Source: Chiloscyllium plagiosum (taxonomy: Eukaryota). Taken from it: DNA of 34,117 nt. Positions 33,205 through 34,117 of this stretch are shown here, in pieces. The stretch lies in the NCBI RefSeq assembly GCF_004010195.1, contig NC_057751.1:18561098-18595214 (forward strand), read 5' to 3'. A model generated the notes under the pieces. That model saw only the letters and a list, made by a program, of their open reading frames with translations, was not told where the DNA came from and did no database searches. Each line of letters starts with the position of its first letter. The stretch's first letter is position 1. The position numbers and the translations under genes were made by a program.

Positions 33205-33538
33205 TTTAATACTCGGCCATTTTAATACTTCATGTAATTTAATTAACCTTACTGAGGTCCGGTGTCACCTTCTTCCACACCCACTCCAAGGTCCTGACCT
33301 TCGCGTGGGGGATTTCGCCTCTTAACAACCGGTCTAAGGCTAGGTGGTTGAATCAGGTAGATACCTTACTCATCAGATTAATCTAGCCAATTAAATACTT
33401 TATTTTATATGTTGCCAATTCCCCGTACTTCTCGTACGTCCCCATCCACCAAGGCAATAATTAAAGGTCCATTTTCTTTACCTTGGTCTGTGCACAGAGT
33501 TACCTGGTCATTTCAGCGCGCCCTGTCCCGCGGCAATT

Positions 33539-33754
33539 CCCGGATATATCCACCTGGCAGCAATTACCGCTGCCTACCCTGGTCAACCGGATTCGCCTAA
33601 CCCGGTCGCCCAGAACCCCGGTTCCCCGGATATATCCAACTGGCAGCAAGTACTGCTGCCGCTCACCCGGATATATCCACCTGGCAGCCACTACCGCTGC
33701 CTACCCCAGTCGCCCGTATCCCCGGATATATCCAACTGGCAGCAAATACCGCTG
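33539..33754. repeat. Four-unit palindrome + hairpin repeat in ERV 5' leader
   Basis: CCCGGATATATCCA(C/A)CTGGCAGC at four positions (GGATATATCC at 33542, 33628, 33669, 33724), each followed by GCTG(CC). Confidence 0.9.
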
Positions 33755-33828
33755 GAGAAAGTGAGGACTGCAGATGCTGGTGCTCAGAGCTGAAAATGTG
33801 TTGCTGGAAAAGCGCAGCAGATCAGGCA
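33755..33828 (-). mobile_element. Penelope-like terminal fragment
   Basis: GAGAAAGTGAGGACTGCAGATGCTGG...GCTGGAAAAGCGCAGCAG, as at 21059 and 26531. Confidence 0.7.
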
Positions 33829-34117
33829 TAGAACATAGAACATAGAAGAATACAGCGCAGTACAGGCCCTTTGGCCCTCGATGTTGCGCCGATCCAAGCC
33901 CACCTAACCTACACTAGCCCACTATCCTCCATATGCCTATCCAATGCCCGCTTAAATGCCCATAATGAGGGAGAGTCCACCACTGCTACTGGCAGGGCAT
34001 TCCATAAACTCACGACTCGCTGAGTAAAGAACCTACCCCTAACATCTGTCCTATACCTACCCCCCTTAATTTAAAGCTATGCCCCCTTGTAATAGCTGAC
34101 TCCATACGTGGAAAAAG
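33827..34117 (-). mobile_element. CR1 LINE 3' end (runs off window)
   Basis: (CATAGAA)3 tail. Reverse complement closely matches 2822-3090. Confidence 0.9.

Noticed and set aside
33539..33754. CRISPR-like look (palindromic repeats with spacers)
   Set aside because: Vertebrate context, irregular and mutually similar spacers, no cas genes, and it lies in an ERV leader.

Overview
Eukaryotic, repeat-rich vertebrate DNA. The HE1/V-SINEs, CR1 LINEs with (TTCTATG)n tails, Penelope-like repeats and shark-type NLR exons point to a shark, probably a carpet or bamboo shark (inference). There is no intact protein-coding gene. The main hidden feature, almost absent from the ORF track, is a multi-exon NLR (NACHT-LRR family) pseudogene on the minus strand. 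It has a candidate CpG-island first exon at ~22.1-22.4 kb, N-terminal exons at 17.1, 16.8 and 12.4 kb, an exon at 7.0-7.26 kb lacking nearly all of the NACHT domain, and two ribonuclease-inhibitor-type LRR exons at 5.3 and 5.0 kb. The right third is a decayed class I (gamma/epsilon-like) endogenous retrovirus on the minus strand (gag-pro-pol-env, PPT, 3' LTR; no 5' LTR seen). It carries a 216-bp inverted duplication in pol, a Leu codon at the expected gag amber stop, and a palindrome/hairpin repeat array in the leader. The left end holds Gmr1-like Gypsy fragments (IN-RT-RH order). Penelope-like fragments carry minimal hammerhead ribozyme motifs. There are also several small templated insertions, a solo LTR and a Tx1-like insertion with clear TSDs. 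All family names come from recognising motifs by eye; no database search was run.
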